A stretch of DNA of 64,000 nucleotides from an uncultured Nitrospiraceae bacterium (GCA_963705105.1 CAVPIW010000006.1:160001-224000), one strand, 5' to 3'. Shown: positions 9,436 through 19,389, counted from the first letter of the stretch. Made by a program: numbers and translations. Notes: generated from the letters alone by a model not told the origin.

Positions 9436-9625
9436 ACCTTTCTGTTGCATGAAAAGGCGGAGCGAAGCACTCTGAAAACAGTGTGAGTGTCAGTGTCGGA
9501 AAAGATGTCCAATCCTCCTGACATCGGCTTATGCCTCACCTTCCGTTTTGATACAGGTGTCGCCGCAGCAAGGTTTTCGGCGCCCACATCCCGCCTTTCC
9601 GGAAATCCTATTGCAACAGTAAGGT
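9436..9625. repeat. Family A element, copy 3 (type I core)
   Basis: ACCTTTCTGTTGCA...GCACTCTGAAAACAGTGTGAGTGTCAGTGTCGGAAAAGATGTCC...GGTGTCGCCGCAGCAAGGTTTTCGGCGC...TGCAACAGTAAGGT. Confidence 0.92.
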
Positions 9626-9637
9626 AAAATCAGGTAT

Positions 9638-10054
9638 TCAATATGTCAGTGGTCCCGCTGTCGGTTTGCCCGCGATCTTGCGGGTTGCTTCACGGATGCG
9701 GTTCATGAGCTTATCGATATCGACGGGTTTGTTGAGAAAATCGAACCCGCCAAGCTGTTTCGCCTCTTCCGCATCCTTGTCGCTTCCGTGGCCCGTCACC
9801 ATGATCACCTCGATCTTCGGAAAGGACCTCTTGACTTTCCGAAGGACGTCAAGGCCGCTCATGTCCGGCATCTTGAGGTCGAGGATCATGACGTCAGGTC
9901 CTTCATTTTCTTTCCGCTCCAGGAGGAACGAAAGGGCCTGGGTGCCGTCATAGACGGCATCGACTGCGAGGTCCCTCATCTTCAGCCTCAGCGCGAGCGT
10001 ATCGACGAAGGCCTTTTCATCATCGACCAGAAGGACCCTAATCTGTCGTGTCAC
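9638..10054 (-). CDS. Single-domain response regulator
   Basis: VLLVDDE, ILDLKMP, VTGHG, FLNKP. Confidence 0.92.
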   Translation of the reverse strand: MTRQIRVLLVDDEKAFVDTLALRLKMRDLAVDAVYDGTQALSFLLERKENEGPDVMILDLKMPDMSGLDVLRKVKRSFPKIEVIMVTGHGSDKDAEEAKQLGGFDFLNKPVDIDKLMNRIREATRKIAGKPTAGPLTY

Positions 10055-10086
10055 GGAGCCACCCCGGAACGCCCCCCCTCGGGTTA

Positions 10087-10100
10087 ACCTTACTGTTGCA
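10087..10100. repeat. Solo family A terminus
   Basis: ACCTTACTGTTGCA is the exact reverse complement of 9612-9625. Confidence 0.6.
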
Positions 10101-10114
10101 TAAAGCGTCAGGTC

Positions 10115-10789
10115 TCATGTCTGGACCGCATCAGCAGCAACAGCGGGCAATGAGAGGATCGTTTCACCATCCTCAGGCCTTCTCGAAATAGTCCCGTCAA
10201 GGTCCGTGAGGAGCACTTTAATGAGTTCGTCCGAACACAGCCCTCCTTCAGCCGGATCACCTGCCCGTTCCCCATTGGAGAGCACGGAGATCTTGATCGC
10301 ATTGCCCGACAACGCCGTTCGGACAGTCACCACACTCCTGCTGCCGAGGGTTTTCATCTCCTCATCGATAATGCAGAACAGGAGAAGCTCGAGCTTCCCC
10401 GGATCGCTGTACGTCATGGGCACGTCTTCGTCGTATTCGGCCCTCAATGAAATGCGTTTCAGCCGGCCGAACCGCACCGTCAGGGCGACGAGCTCCTCGA
10501 CGACCTCGTTCACGCTGAAAGAGGATCGTTCAGTGTCGTTCCTGTGGGCGTAACGGTTGAGGAACGTCGTCAGCCGGAGGGTCATCCGTACCTCGTCATC
10601 AATGGACTTCAGGAAATCGAGGAGCGCAGCAGGATCCAGTTTCACCTTTTTTCCCCCGAAGGTGATGATGTCGCTCTGCAGACCTGCCGATTCCTTGATC
10701 ACGGCGAGATGGTTTTTCAGTTCGTGCGTGTAACTGGCCAGGATGCGGCCGATAAAGTTGAGCTGTGCGATCCTCAGTTCATGCTCCAT
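10115..10789 (-). CDS. HisKA-containing protein with degenerate HATPase domain (phosphotransferase-like)
   Basis: Start MEHELR after RBS GGAGG. H-box YTHELKNHL is present, but N, G1 and G2 boxes are not recognisable. Confidence 0.8.
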   Translation of the reverse strand: MEHELRIAQLNFIGRILASYTHELKNHLAVIKESAGLQSDIITFGGKKVKLDPAALLDFLKSIDDEVRMTLRLTTFLNRYAHRNDTERSSFSVNEVVEELVALTVRFGRLKRISLRAEYDEDVPMTYSDPGKLELLLFCIIDEEMKTLGSRSVVTVRTALSGNAIKISVLSNGERAGDPAEGGLCSDELIKVLLTDLDGTISRRPEDGETILSLPAVAADAVQT

Positions 10790-11180
10790 GTCGCCTCCGG
10801 TTTTGTGCCGCCCGTTCGATCCGTGCCAACTGCGCCCTGTCGATGCTATCCGTGAGCTCGCGGATGTCGATCGGTTTGACGAGGTAATCGAAGACGCCTG
10901 CGACGTCTTTCGCATCAGACAGCCCTCCCTGCCCGGAAAGGATGATGATCTCCACGGTGGCGTCGAATTTCTTGAACTCGTCGACGACCTCGAAACCGTG
11001 GAGCCCGGGCATGTTCATATCGAGGAGGATCACGTCGGGAGGGTTGTTATGGATCGCCGCAAAGGCGTCTTCGGCGCAGAAGACGGCCTTTGCATCGTAG
11101 TTGCGCAGTTTGAGCCTCTCCGCAAGGGCCATGGCGAATTCGACCTCATCGTCGACAAGCAGGACTTGTGTGCGTTTCAT
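10779..11180 (-). CDS. Single-domain response regulator
   Basis: VLLVDDE, ILLDMNMP, LSGQG, DYLVKP. Confidence 0.92.
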   Translation of the reverse strand: MKRTQVLLVDDEVEFAMALAERLKLRNYDAKAVFCAEDAFAAIHNNPPDVILLDMNMPGLHGFEVVDEFKKFDATVEIIILSGQGGLSDAKDVAGVFDYLVKPIDIRELTDSIDRAQLARIERAAQNRRRHGA

Positions 11181-12940
11181 GACACTCCCGTTGAATGGTC
11201 TGCGTTGACAGGTATTTTGATGGTGAAGGTCGTCCCCTTGCTGACGATACTGTCGACCTGGATGGTGCCGCCGAGGCGCTGCATGATGCCGTAGGACAGG
11301 GAAAGGCCCAGCCCCGTGCCTTTACCCTTCTCCTTCGTCGTGTAAAAAGGCTCGAAGATGTGCTTCATGACCTCCCTCGGGATCCCCTCGCCGTTGTCCC
11401 TGATGATGACCCGGATGAAGCCGTCGTCAGGCACGGTCGAGACGGTTATGATACCGCCGTCGTCGACGGCGTCGATGGCGTTGTTGATGATATTGAGGAA
11501 GACCTGCTGGATCTGTCCCCGGTCACTCTGGACCATGGGGAGGTGCTCATTCAGGTTCAGTTCAAGATGAATATCCCGGTAAAGGATCTCACGCTCGAGG
11601 AACCCGCTCACTTCCTTGATCGCGTCGTTGATGTCGATCCCCTCGATCTTCACATCCATTCTTCTCGCAAAACCGAGGAGTCGATGGGTGATCGTCCGGC
11701 ACCTGTTGATATTGTCGACAATGCCGCTGATCAGGGGAGCGAATTTCTCCTTGCACGAAGAGACTTCGGGCGAGAACTCGAGCATGTCCTGCATGAGGCC
11801 CGCCTTTTCATTGATGACGGCGAGGGGATTGTTGATCTCGTGGGCGACACCGGCGGCGAGCCGCCCGACGGAGGCGAGCTTCGCCGAATGCTCCGTCTGG
11901 GAGATCGCTTCCTCCCTGTGCCGGTCGGCCTCCTCGATCCAGTTTACCACCCTCCGGGCGGTCCGGTAATTCAGTATGATACCGAAGACGATGAGCACGA
12001 CAATCACATAGACCGCCACCTTCTCCCGGCGGAATATCTCGAGGAGCCTCCCGAAGGAGGTGGACTTGATGACGACGCCGAGGATCCAGGGTGTCTGTTT
12101 GATAGAGGCATAGCCGAAGACGGCATCGTCACCCCAGGGCTGGATCTGGATCTGCGACGCATCCTGTCTCGGTGGGACGATATTCATGGCAATGTGGTCG
12201 AGGAGCTTGCCGTGAAAGCGCGACGGCGTCTGGAGTATCCCTTCCGTGTTGATGATGAAGGCGTCGTCGTTCTCTTTCAGCATGATCGACGCAACAAAGT
12301 GCGAGAGGGTTTCGACATCGATCGTTGCCCTGAGGACCCAGAAACTGTTTTTCTCGGGCATCTCCTGCTTCACCGCAATTGCGAAATGAGGGGTGTTCCG
12401 GTACCCGAGGAAGACGTCGCTCACGTAGACCCCCCGAACGATGACCTTCTGAAACCAGTCCTGGTTCGCGTAGTCTTTTCCGAGGAGATCGTACGGGCCT
12501 GAGTAGGCACGCTGAATACCTTTGTTGTCGATCACGCCGAGGTCGACGAGCTCGGCGAATTCCTTTTTCCTTTTTGTGAATATCTCGCTGAGCCCGCGCT
12601 GTTGGGAGAGCTCATCAAAGCTGTGGGCGGACGTGAGGAACTTGAGTCCCGATATTTTTTCTCCCAGGAACATCTCAAGTGACTTCCCTGCGCTCTCGAT
12701 CTGCCACCTCAACTGGACGTTGAAATTGTCGTCGAGAATGTCCCGCAGCCAGACGAATCCGATGAGGATGACGAGAATGAGCGGGACGCCTGCGAGAGCG
12801 CCGATGATGAAGAAGAGACGGAAGCGGAGGCTCTTGTAACGGTCTGTGCCGATAAGCGCAAGGGCTTCCTGAGGATGGAGGAACAGCGACTTGAGGATGC
12901 TCAGGCCTTTTTCGGTTATTTTTTCCGTGTCATCTTTCAT
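11177..12940 (-). CDS. Membrane sensor histidine kinase (Cache-type periplasmic domain, NtrB-like core)
   Basis: Two TMs, AHEINNPL, QVFLNIINNA, DNGEGI, GTGLGL. Confidence 0.94.
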   Translation of the reverse strand: MKDDTEKITEKGLSILKSLFLHPQEALALIGTDRYKSLRFRLFFIIGALAGVPLILVILIGFVWLRDILDDNFNVQLRWQIESAGKSLEMFLGEKISGLKFLTSAHSFDELSQQRGLSEIFTKRKKEFAELVDLGVIDNKGIQRAYSGPYDLLGKDYANQDWFQKVIVRGVYVSDVFLGYRNTPHFAIAVKQEMPEKNSFWVLRATIDVETLSHFVASIMLKENDDAFIINTEGILQTPSRFHGKLLDHIAMNIVPPRQDASQIQIQPWGDDAVFGYASIKQTPWILGVVIKSTSFGRLLEIFRREKVAVYVIVVLIVFGIILNYRTARRVVNWIEEADRHREEAISQTEHSAKLASVGRLAAGVAHEINNPLAVINEKAGLMQDMLEFSPEVSSCKEKFAPLISGIVDNINRCRTITHRLLGFARRMDVKIEGIDINDAIKEVSGFLEREILYRDIHLELNLNEHLPMVQSDRGQIQQVFLNIINNAIDAVDDGGIITVSTVPDDGFIRVIIRDNGEGIPREVMKHIFEPFYTTKEKGKGTGLGLSLSYGIMQRLGGTIQVDSIVSKGTTFTIKIPVNADHSTGVS

Positions 12941-13042
12941 AGGTTGTTATAACGTTAGTATATTATACCACCATTGGGTTGACTGGCAAGCATTTGTCGC
13001 CGTTTTGTAGCTCGCTGACATTTGAGCACCGCGACGGCAGGG

Positions 13043-14494
13043 TTACGTCCTGTAGAACCTCGGAACAAACATGATGATGACCGTGTAGATCTCCAACCGA
13101 CCGAGCAGCATGTCGATTGTGAGTATCCATTTGGCGAAAACGGGAAGACCGGCATAATTGTCCATGGGTCCGACGGCGCCGAGTCCGGGGCCGACATTGC
13201 CGATGCATGCTATTGCGGAGGTTATCGATGTGATCACGTCCACCCCGCTTGCGGCGACGAGAAAGATGGAAAGGGCCGTCAATCCCATATAGAGAATAAC
13301 AAAACTCCAGATGCCGCTCAGGACATCCGGCGGAACGGCCTGTCTGCCGATCTTGACGCGCGTCACCGCCCGGGGATGGATGACCTGGATGAGCTCCCGG
13401 TACGCGTGCTTGAGCAGGACCATAATGCGCATGCATTTCACGGCACCGCCCGTGGAGCCGACGCATCCGCCGACGAACATGCAGAGCAGGAGGAGGCACT
13501 GGGGCAGCGGCGGCCAGAGCTCGAAGTCCGCCGTTGCGAATCCTGTTGTGGTGAGAATGGAGGCGACCGTAAAGGAGGCATGCTGAAGCGACCGGCCGGG
13601 CGAATCACTACTCAATAAATAAACGCTCACTGTGACGATCGCCGTCACGGTCATGTAAAATCCCACGAAGAAACGGCATTCCGCGTCTCTCCACAGCACC
13701 AGGGGTTTGCCCCTGAAGAGCTGGAAGTGGAGAGCGAAGTTCATCCCACCGATCAGCATGAAGACAGTGGTGACGGTATCGATATACACGCTCCTGTAAT
13801 GGCCGATGGACGCGTTCTTTGTGGAGAATCCGCCCGTTGCGATGGTCCCGAAGGTGTGGCAGAGGGAGTCGAAGAGGTCCATGCCGCCGAGCATGTAGAG
13901 GATCGTCTGCATAACCGTGAAGATGGTGTAGACCTTCCAGAGAATCATGGCGGTGTCTTTGATACGCGGCTTCAGCTTATCCGGTATGGGCCCCGGGACC
14001 TCGGCCTTGTAAAGCTGCATGCCCCCCATTCCCAGGAAGGGAAGGATGGACAAGCCCAGGAGGATGATCCCCATGCCGCCGAGCCAGTGGGTGAAGCTGC
14101 GCCAGAACAGGATGCCTTTTGGGATGACCTCAACGTCTTTGAAGATCGAAGCGCCGGTGGTCGTGAATCCTGAAATTGTCTCGAACAGGCAGTCCACGGG
14201 GTGGGCATAGAGGCCGGCGAAATAATAGGGCAATCCGCCGAAGATACCCGCGGCGGTCCAGCAGAGGGTCGTGATGGCGATGCCTTCGCGGTGTGTGAGG
14301 GCCTTCCGGGGGCCGGAACCCCGAAAGAAGAAGGCGAGGACTGCACCGACAACGACTGTCAGGATGATCGATTCGATCAGGGGCCACACGCCCGCATCCG
14401 CGTAATACAGGGAAAATCCAAGGGGGAGGATCATGCAGAGACCGACGCAGACCAGGAGGACGCCGACTATATGGAAGACGACGCGCCAGCTCAT
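13043..14494 (-). CDS. trkH: Trk potassium uptake permease
   Basis: FETISGFTTTGAS, WLGGMG, ATGGFST, TTTGF, GCVGSTGG, GNVGPG, LLGRLEI. Confidence 0.96.
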   Translation of the reverse strand: MSWRVVFHIVGVLLVCVGLCMILPLGFSLYYADAGVWPLIESIILTVVVGAVLAFFFRGSGPRKALTHREGIAITTLCWTAAGIFGGLPYYFAGLYAHPVDCLFETISGFTTTGASIFKDVEVIPKGILFWRSFTHWLGGMGIILLGLSILPFLGMGGMQLYKAEVPGPIPDKLKPRIKDTAMILWKVYTIFTVMQTILYMLGGMDLFDSLCHTFGTIATGGFSTKNASIGHYRSVYIDTVTTVFMLIGGMNFALHFQLFRGKPLVLWRDAECRFFVGFYMTVTAIVTVSVYLLSSDSPGRSLQHASFTVASILTTTGFATADFELWPPLPQCLLLLCMFVGGCVGSTGGAVKCMRIMVLLKHAYRELIQVIHPRAVTRVKIGRQAVPPDVLSGIWSFVILYMGLTALSIFLVAASGVDVITSITSAIACIGNVGPGLGAVGPMDNYAGLPVFAKWILTIDMLLGRLEIYTVIIMFVPRFYRT

Positions 14495-14495
14495 C

Positions 14496-15860
14496 TCAGA
14501 GAAGTCTCGCCTTGCCGACCAGTAACTGCTCGACGCGGGGGATGCCGTGGCGCGTCGACATGATGATCACCCGGTCCCGGGGCCGAATGACGGTGTCGCC
14601 GCTGGGAATGATGACGTCCTCCCCCCGCACGAGGCACAGGATGAGGGAGTCTGCGGGCAGCTTCAACTGCTTGAGCGGCGTCTTGACGATATCGGAGCCG
14701 TCGAGGGCGATTGCCTCGAGGACCTCGGCCTCCTTCCCTTTGATCGAGACGGTGGAAAGCACCTTGCCTTGCCGGACAAAGGGAGATATGGAGTTGATCA
14801 CCGACCGGCGGGGGCTCACGACATGGTCGATGCCGATGGTGTGGACCAGCGGAATGTAGGCGAACTTGTTGACGCGGCAGATCGTTTTCTTTGCGCCCAT
14901 GCGCCGGGCCAGCAGGCACGCGAGGATGTTCATCTCCTCATCGTCCGTCACGGCGATGACCATGTCCATGGCGCCGACGTTTTCCTGTTCGAGCAATGCC
15001 TGGTCCGTGGCGTAGCCCTGGAGAACGATGACATTGTGGAGCCTGGCGGAAATGCTCTCGCAGCGGAGGGGGTCCATCTCGATCAGCTTCGTGTGGTATA
15101 CCTTCTTATCGATCGCCTGGGCCAGCCGGAAACCGATTCTTCCGCCCCCCACGATAAGGATGTTCCTGACCGTACCGGCCTGGCCTCCGAAGAGCCGCTG
15201 GACCTCACTGAGGTTCTTCTGTTCGCAGACATAGTAGACGAAGTCCCCTGCCCGCAGGACATCCTTTCCCTTGGGAATGATGAGGCGATCGTCCCTGATG
15301 ACGGCGGCGACGATTATCCTGTTCTTCTCGATCTTTTCGGGCAATTGCATGAGCTTGAGTCCGTTGAGGACGCTTTCATGGGGCAGCTTCTTGCCCACCA
15401 TCTTGATGCGGCCTCCCGCGAAATCGTTGATCTCCTCCACATCAGGCGCGTTGAGGACCCTGAGGATCGAGTTTACGACCTCCACTTCAGGATTGATGAC
15501 CAGGTCGATGCTGAGTATGTCCTTCGAAAGGGCGTCACGATACGCCGTATAATCGTCGCTGCTGATGAGGGCGACCTTGTGGATCTTCGGGGCGAGAATG
15601 TTCGTGAAGAGACAGGCGATAAGGTTGGTTTCGTCGCTGTTGGTGACGGCCAGCAGGATATCGGCGTCCCTGACACCTGCCTCGGCAAGCACCTTGGGGC
15701 TCGATCCCGAGCCGTGGAGCGTCTGGACGTCCACGTGATCGAGCATGATTTTGAGGGCCTGCTCGTTGCTGTCGATGACGACGACTTCCTTGCGCTCCGA
15801 GGCGAGCCACTCGGCAAAGTAAAATCCGACCTCTCCCGCGCCGACGATGACGACTTTCAT
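14496..15860 (-). CDS. trkA: Trk potassium uptake NAD-binding subunit
   Basis: Two RCK_N Rossmann motifs (VGAGEVG and VGGGRIG) and two RCK_C domains; 454 aa; adjacent to trkH. Confidence 0.96.
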   Translation of the reverse strand: MKVVIVGAGEVGFYFAEWLASERKEVVVIDSNEQALKIMLDHVDVQTLHGSGSSPKVLAEAGVRDADILLAVTNSDETNLIACLFTNILAPKIHKVALISSDDYTAYRDALSKDILSIDLVINPEVEVVNSILRVLNAPDVEEINDFAGGRIKMVGKKLPHESVLNGLKLMQLPEKIEKNRIIVAAVIRDDRLIIPKGKDVLRAGDFVYYVCEQKNLSEVQRLFGGQAGTVRNILIVGGGRIGFRLAQAIDKKVYHTKLIEMDPLRCESISARLHNVIVLQGYATDQALLEQENVGAMDMVIAVTDDEEMNILACLLARRMGAKKTICRVNKFAYIPLVHTIGIDHVVSPRRSVINSISPFVRQGKVLSTVSIKGKEAEVLEAIALDGSDIVKTPLKQLKLPADSLILCLVRGEDVIIPSGDTVIRPRDRVIIMSTRHGIPRVEQLLVGKARLL

Positions 15861-15909
15861 TGTGCCTCCTGACTCTTTACCGAAACCTCATGGATTTCCC
15901 GGGTTATCA

Positions 15910-16124
15910 ACCTTTCTGATGCATGGAAAGGCGTGGCGAAACGCCTCAAAGCCTTGCTGAAGGCGACGATAAGCCTCGTCAGGTTTGTCTTTCAGGATTC
16001 CACTCTTTGTGTGGTCGACCATTGGTTTGAAAGGTTGTCTTCTGTGAGAGTTATGGTGTCGCCGCAGCAATGTTTTCGGCGCATACGCCCCGCCTTTCCC
16101 GGAAGTGTATTGCAACGAAAAGGT
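15910..16124. repeat. Family A element, copy 4 (type II core)
   Basis: Long imperfect inverted arms. Core GTCAGGTTTGTCTTTCAGGATTCCACTCTTTGTGT is shared with 62557. Confidence 0.92.
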
Positions 16125-16176
16125 CAAGTCATTCATAGGGGACGACCTCGTAAAAAGTCCCGTAGAAGGCTTGTCC

Positions 16177-16241
16177 GTCATTCCCGCTTGTCAGGAATCC
16201 TTCTGCGCAACAGGGAAAGATGCCGGACAAGCCGGCATGAC
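16177..16241. repeat. Family B hairpin element
   Basis: GTCATTCCCGCTTGTCAGGAATC...GATGCCGGACAAGCCGGCATGAC. Confidence 0.8.
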
Positions 16242-16330
16242 AGACTAACCTTACGGTTCATTACTTGTGATATCCTTAAAGTCTCTGCAATCGATGGAGT
16301 ATCTCCGGAATGCCTGTTCTCTGCGAATCC

Positions 16331-17671
16331 TTAGATATGTAAAACATAATAGCGCAGCCAGACATAAACCGTCGAGACCGCGACGGTCACGATCATCACG
16401 GGCATGCCGACGGCCATGAACTTGAGGAACGAAATCCTGTGTCCCATCTTCTCCGACATCCCCACGACGATGACGTTTGCCGAGGCGCCGATGGCCGTTC
16501 CGTTACCGCCGAGACAGGCGCCGAGGGCGAGGGACCACCACAGAGGCATGAGGTCGGGGTGATGCAGAAGCTGAACTCCCGACATGTTCGGCCAGAGCTG
16601 CCTTGCCATGTCGATGATAAGGGGATTCATTGTCGCGACGTAGGGGATGTTGTCGACGACGGCAGACGCAAAGGCGGAGAACCACATGACGACCATCGCG
16701 GTGGCGAAGAGGTTGCCCTCCGTGATCGCCAGCACCTGAAGGGACATCCATTTGATGAGGCCCACCTTGACGACGCCGCCCACAATGATGAAGAGGCCCA
16801 TGAAAAAGAAGATCGTCGGCCATTCCACCTCCGCCAAAAGGTGGTGGGGTTCATGTGTGCCCGAGAGGAGCAGCAGGATGCCTGCTCCGAAAAGGGCGAT
16901 CGTCGCAGGCTCATAATGGAGTGCACCATGAAAGACAAATCCCGTCAGGACGAGAGCGAGGACGAAGAGCGACTTTTTCAGCATAGCGGGGTCCTTGATG
17001 GCTGACCTTTCGTCCATCTCCATGATCCGTGTCTTGAGCTCCTCATGGGTTGTGAGCTTTCGGCCCCAGATGATCCTGATAAGGAACAGGTAGGCGATCA
17101 TGACGACGATGATGCAGGGTGTCAGGTGATAGACGAAGTCCATAAAGTCGAGCTGCGCCTTCGAGGCGATCATGATGTTCGGCGGGTCGCCGATGAGTGT
17201 CGCCGTGCCGCCGATATTCGATGCAAGGGCGTTGGAAATGAGGTATGGAACGGGATCGACCTCGAGGGCGTCGGCGATGAGCAGCGTGACGGGAGTGATG
17301 AGCAGGACCGTCGTGACGTTGTCGAGGAAAGCGCTCAAGGTGGCCGTGATCACCGCGAAGATGGCGAGAATCCTGAAAGGATCCCCTTTGCCCAGCTTCG
17401 CGCTCCTGATGGCGAGGTATTCGAAGATACCCGTCGGCTTCATGATATTGATGATGATCATCATCGATATGAGGAGGAAGATGACGTTCCAGTCAATGCC
17501 GAATTCCTCGACATGAAAGGCCTCCCGCTGGTCAAGGATCTTAAGGATGACAATGAACGAAGCGCCGACGATGGCGACAACAGTTTTGTGTATCTTTTCC
17601 GACATGATGAGAGCGTAAGAAAGGAGAAAAATGATGGTGGCTGTCCAGAAGGCAAGGTCAGGCGGGAAAAT
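16331..17671 (-). CDS. ArsB/NhaD/SLC13 (IT superfamily) anion or Na+/H+ transporter
   Basis: IDWNVIFLL, SAFLDNVTT, SNIGGTATLIGDPPNI, VDNIP, LGGNGTAIGASAN. The frame is open 22 codons upstream of the called ATG (first TM), reaching an ATT after RBS AAAGGAG. Confidence 0.9.
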   Translation of the reverse strand: MFPPDLAFWTATIIFLLSYALIMSEKIHKTVVAIVGASFIVILKILDQREAFHVEEFGIDWNVIFLLISMMIIINIMKPTGIFEYLAIRSAKLGKGDPFRILAIFAVITATLSAFLDNVTTVLLITPVTLLIADALEVDPVPYLISNALASNIGGTATLIGDPPNIMIASKAQLDFMDFVYHLTPCIIVVMIAYLFLIRIIWGRKLTTHEELKTRIMEMDERSAIKDPAMLKKSLFVLALVLTGFVFHGALHYEPATIALFGAGILLLLSGTHEPHHLLAEVEWPTIFFFMGLFIIVGGVVKVGLIKWMSLQVLAITEGNLFATAMVVMWFSAFASAVVDNIPYVATMNPLIIDMARQLWPNMSGVQLLHHPDLMPLWWSLALGACLGGNGTAIGASANVIVVGMSEKMGHRISFLKFMAVGMPVMIVTVAVSTVYVWLRYYVLHI

Positions 17672-17691
17672 GGCTTCTGTTTCTCCTTTCG

Positions 17692-18186
17692 TTAGTCCGG
17701 GGGATTATCTTGTTCATCATCGAGCAGCGCTTTTGCGATCGCGAAGAATACGTCCCTCTCATAGAGCATGCCGACGAGCTTGCCCGATTTGTCCGTTACA
17801 GGCAGTCGCTTGATATTCTTCTTGATCATGTAGTCGACACATTCCATCAGCGGGGCATCGTCTTTCACTGTCATAACGTCCCTCGTCATGAGCATTCTGA
17901 CCCTCTTGTCGGCGTTTTTTTTCGCCATTTCCTCGAGCATGCCGTCCCAGGTGAACTGCCCGAGGTCACTGAGGGACATGTAGGAAGGCCAGACCACTTT
18001 CAGGATGTCCCGCATCGAGAGCACCCCGACGATCTTTCCCGTCTCTTCATCGACGACGGGCAGTCCCTTCACTCCGATCTTTTCCTCCCCCCTTCTCGCC
18101 ATCTTCAGCAGATTGACGGCATGCCTGAGCGTGTCGTCCGGCCTGAGACAGTCCTGGAGCGGTATCATGAGGTCCCGTGCTTTCAT
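17692..18186 (-). CDS. CBS-pair domain protein
   Basis: MKARDLMIP, GLPVVDE, LMTRDV, IKRLPVTD. Confidence 0.9.
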   Translation of the reverse strand: MKARDLMIPLQDCLRPDDTLRHAVNLLKMARRGEEKIGVKGLPVVDEETGKIVGVLSMRDILKVVWPSYMSLSDLGQFTWDGMLEEMAKKNADKRVRMLMTRDVMTVKDDAPLMECVDYMIKKNIKRLPVTDKSGKLVGMLYERDVFFAIAKALLDDEQDNPPD

Positions 18187-18335
18187 GATGGCATCGCCTC
18201 GTTGTGTCTCCAATACAAGAATTTTGACTTACGCAAAGTCGCAAAGAGCGCAAAGAAAGAAAACATCTTCATTATCGCGGCATCTTCACCTGACTTTCCG
18301 ATGGGCTTATGTATCCGTGGGGGAGACATTGCGAA

Positions 18336-18866
18336 TCAATCCGCGAGAAGGGGCTCCGCGATGGCCTCGAAGATCCTCGTGAGGCGGACGACCCCGACGA
18401 GCTGCATCTTCCTTTCGAGGACAGGGAGTATGATAAGGTCGTTGTGTATCATGAGGTATGCCGCCTTCGCGACGGACTCCTCAGGCCCTATGAAGAGCTT
18501 GGCAGGAATCATCACGTCACTGAGGGGACGGTCTGCCAGTCCATGGGCGGCATCGCCGAAGAGTGCGTCCCAGTCGGCGGAAGGGACGGAATCGGGCTCC
18601 TCGAGCATGGGGGGATGGACGGGGGAAGGCTTCATGACGTCCGGTTCGAGCCCGATGATGATGTCCTTGATGGAGACGCTTCCAAGGAGGTTGTACTTCT
18701 CGTCGAAGACAAGGACCGGAGGAGGGTAGTAGGCGATGTCGCCGCCCTCGCCCGGGATGGACCTCTTCATCATGTCCATTCCCTGCCTGACGGTGAACCA
18801 GTAGGGCATGTGGGGGTAGTTGAAGATGTCTTCCATGAGGTCCTTTACCTGTGCTTCGATTTTCAT
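18336..18866 (-). CDS. CBS-pair domain protein
   Basis: VKDLM..YPHMPYWFT, VLVFDEKYNLLG, DVMIP, ILPVLE; RBS GGAGG. Confidence 0.88.
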   Translation of the reverse strand: MKIEAQVKDLMEDIFNYPHMPYWFTVRQGMDMMKRSIPGEGGDIAYYPPPVLVFDEKYNLLGSVSIKDIIIGLEPDVMKPSPVHPPMLEEPDSVPSADWDALFGDAAHGLADRPLSDVMIPAKLFIGPEESVAKAAYLMIHNDLIILPVLERKMQLVGVVRLTRIFEAIAEPLLAD

Positions 18867-18943
18867 GGGCCTTTCACCTCCCGGTGTATTTGCAGGGTGC
18901 AGTATTATTTCATATTCGGGTCAATTTCGCAATGAAAAGAAAG

Positions 18944-19163
18944 TCAGTGTGAGTGTGAGTGTCAGTGTGAGTGAAAGGAAGATACAATAAAGACAGTGTG
19001 AGTGCGAGTGTGAGTGTCAGTGAAAGGGAGATACAATAAAGACAGTGTGAGTGTGAGTGTCAGTGTCAGTGAAAGGAAGATACAATAAAGACAGTGTGCG
19101 TGTGAGTGTGAGTGTCAGTGAAAGGAAGATACAATAAAGATAGTGTGAGTGTGAGTGTCAGTG
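18944..19163. repeat. Tandem array, 49-bp period: AGTGT(C/G) hexamers plus GAAAGGAAGATACAATAAAGAC
   Basis: Spacer starts at 18973, 19022, 19071 and 19120. Confidence 0.95.
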
Positions 19164-19349
19164 AAATCGGATAGCATATTAACGCGTTCCTTGGTAGAAC
19201 CACGGTCAGTCTATAGTGCTGTCATTCCGGCTTGTCCGGAATCTTTCTTTTTTCAGACGGATTCCCGACGCCCCCGCATCAAGTGCGGGGTTGCGGGAAT
19301 GACAACATGAGAGGTGGTCCCCACTGACACTGACACTCACACTGACACT
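19161..19349. repeat. Composite repeat (family B core plus inverted hexamer tract), direct-repeat copy 1
   Basis: 19161-19331 versus 34321-34491: 6 mismatches in 171 bp by eye. Confidence 0.95.
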
Positions 19350-19359
19350 ATTATGTTTC

Positions 19360-19389
19360 TTGATACATAAAAAATGGGTATGGTATGAT
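19360..19389 (+). promoter_or_regulatory. Putative sigma70 promoter for the dikinase-like gene
   Basis: TTGATA-N18-TATGAT with extended -10 TG. Confidence 0.45.

Noticed and set aside
9436..9625. Family A elements as integron attC sites
   Set aside because: The core polarity is GTT...AAC, opposite to attC (RYYYAAC...GTTRRRY). The flanking genes are operonic and in both orientations, and no integrase is present.
18944..19163. CRISPR array (also 34.1 and 45.1 kb)
   Set aside because: Spacers within an array are near-identical rather than unique, the repeat is a low-complexity hexamer run, and there are no cas genes in the window.
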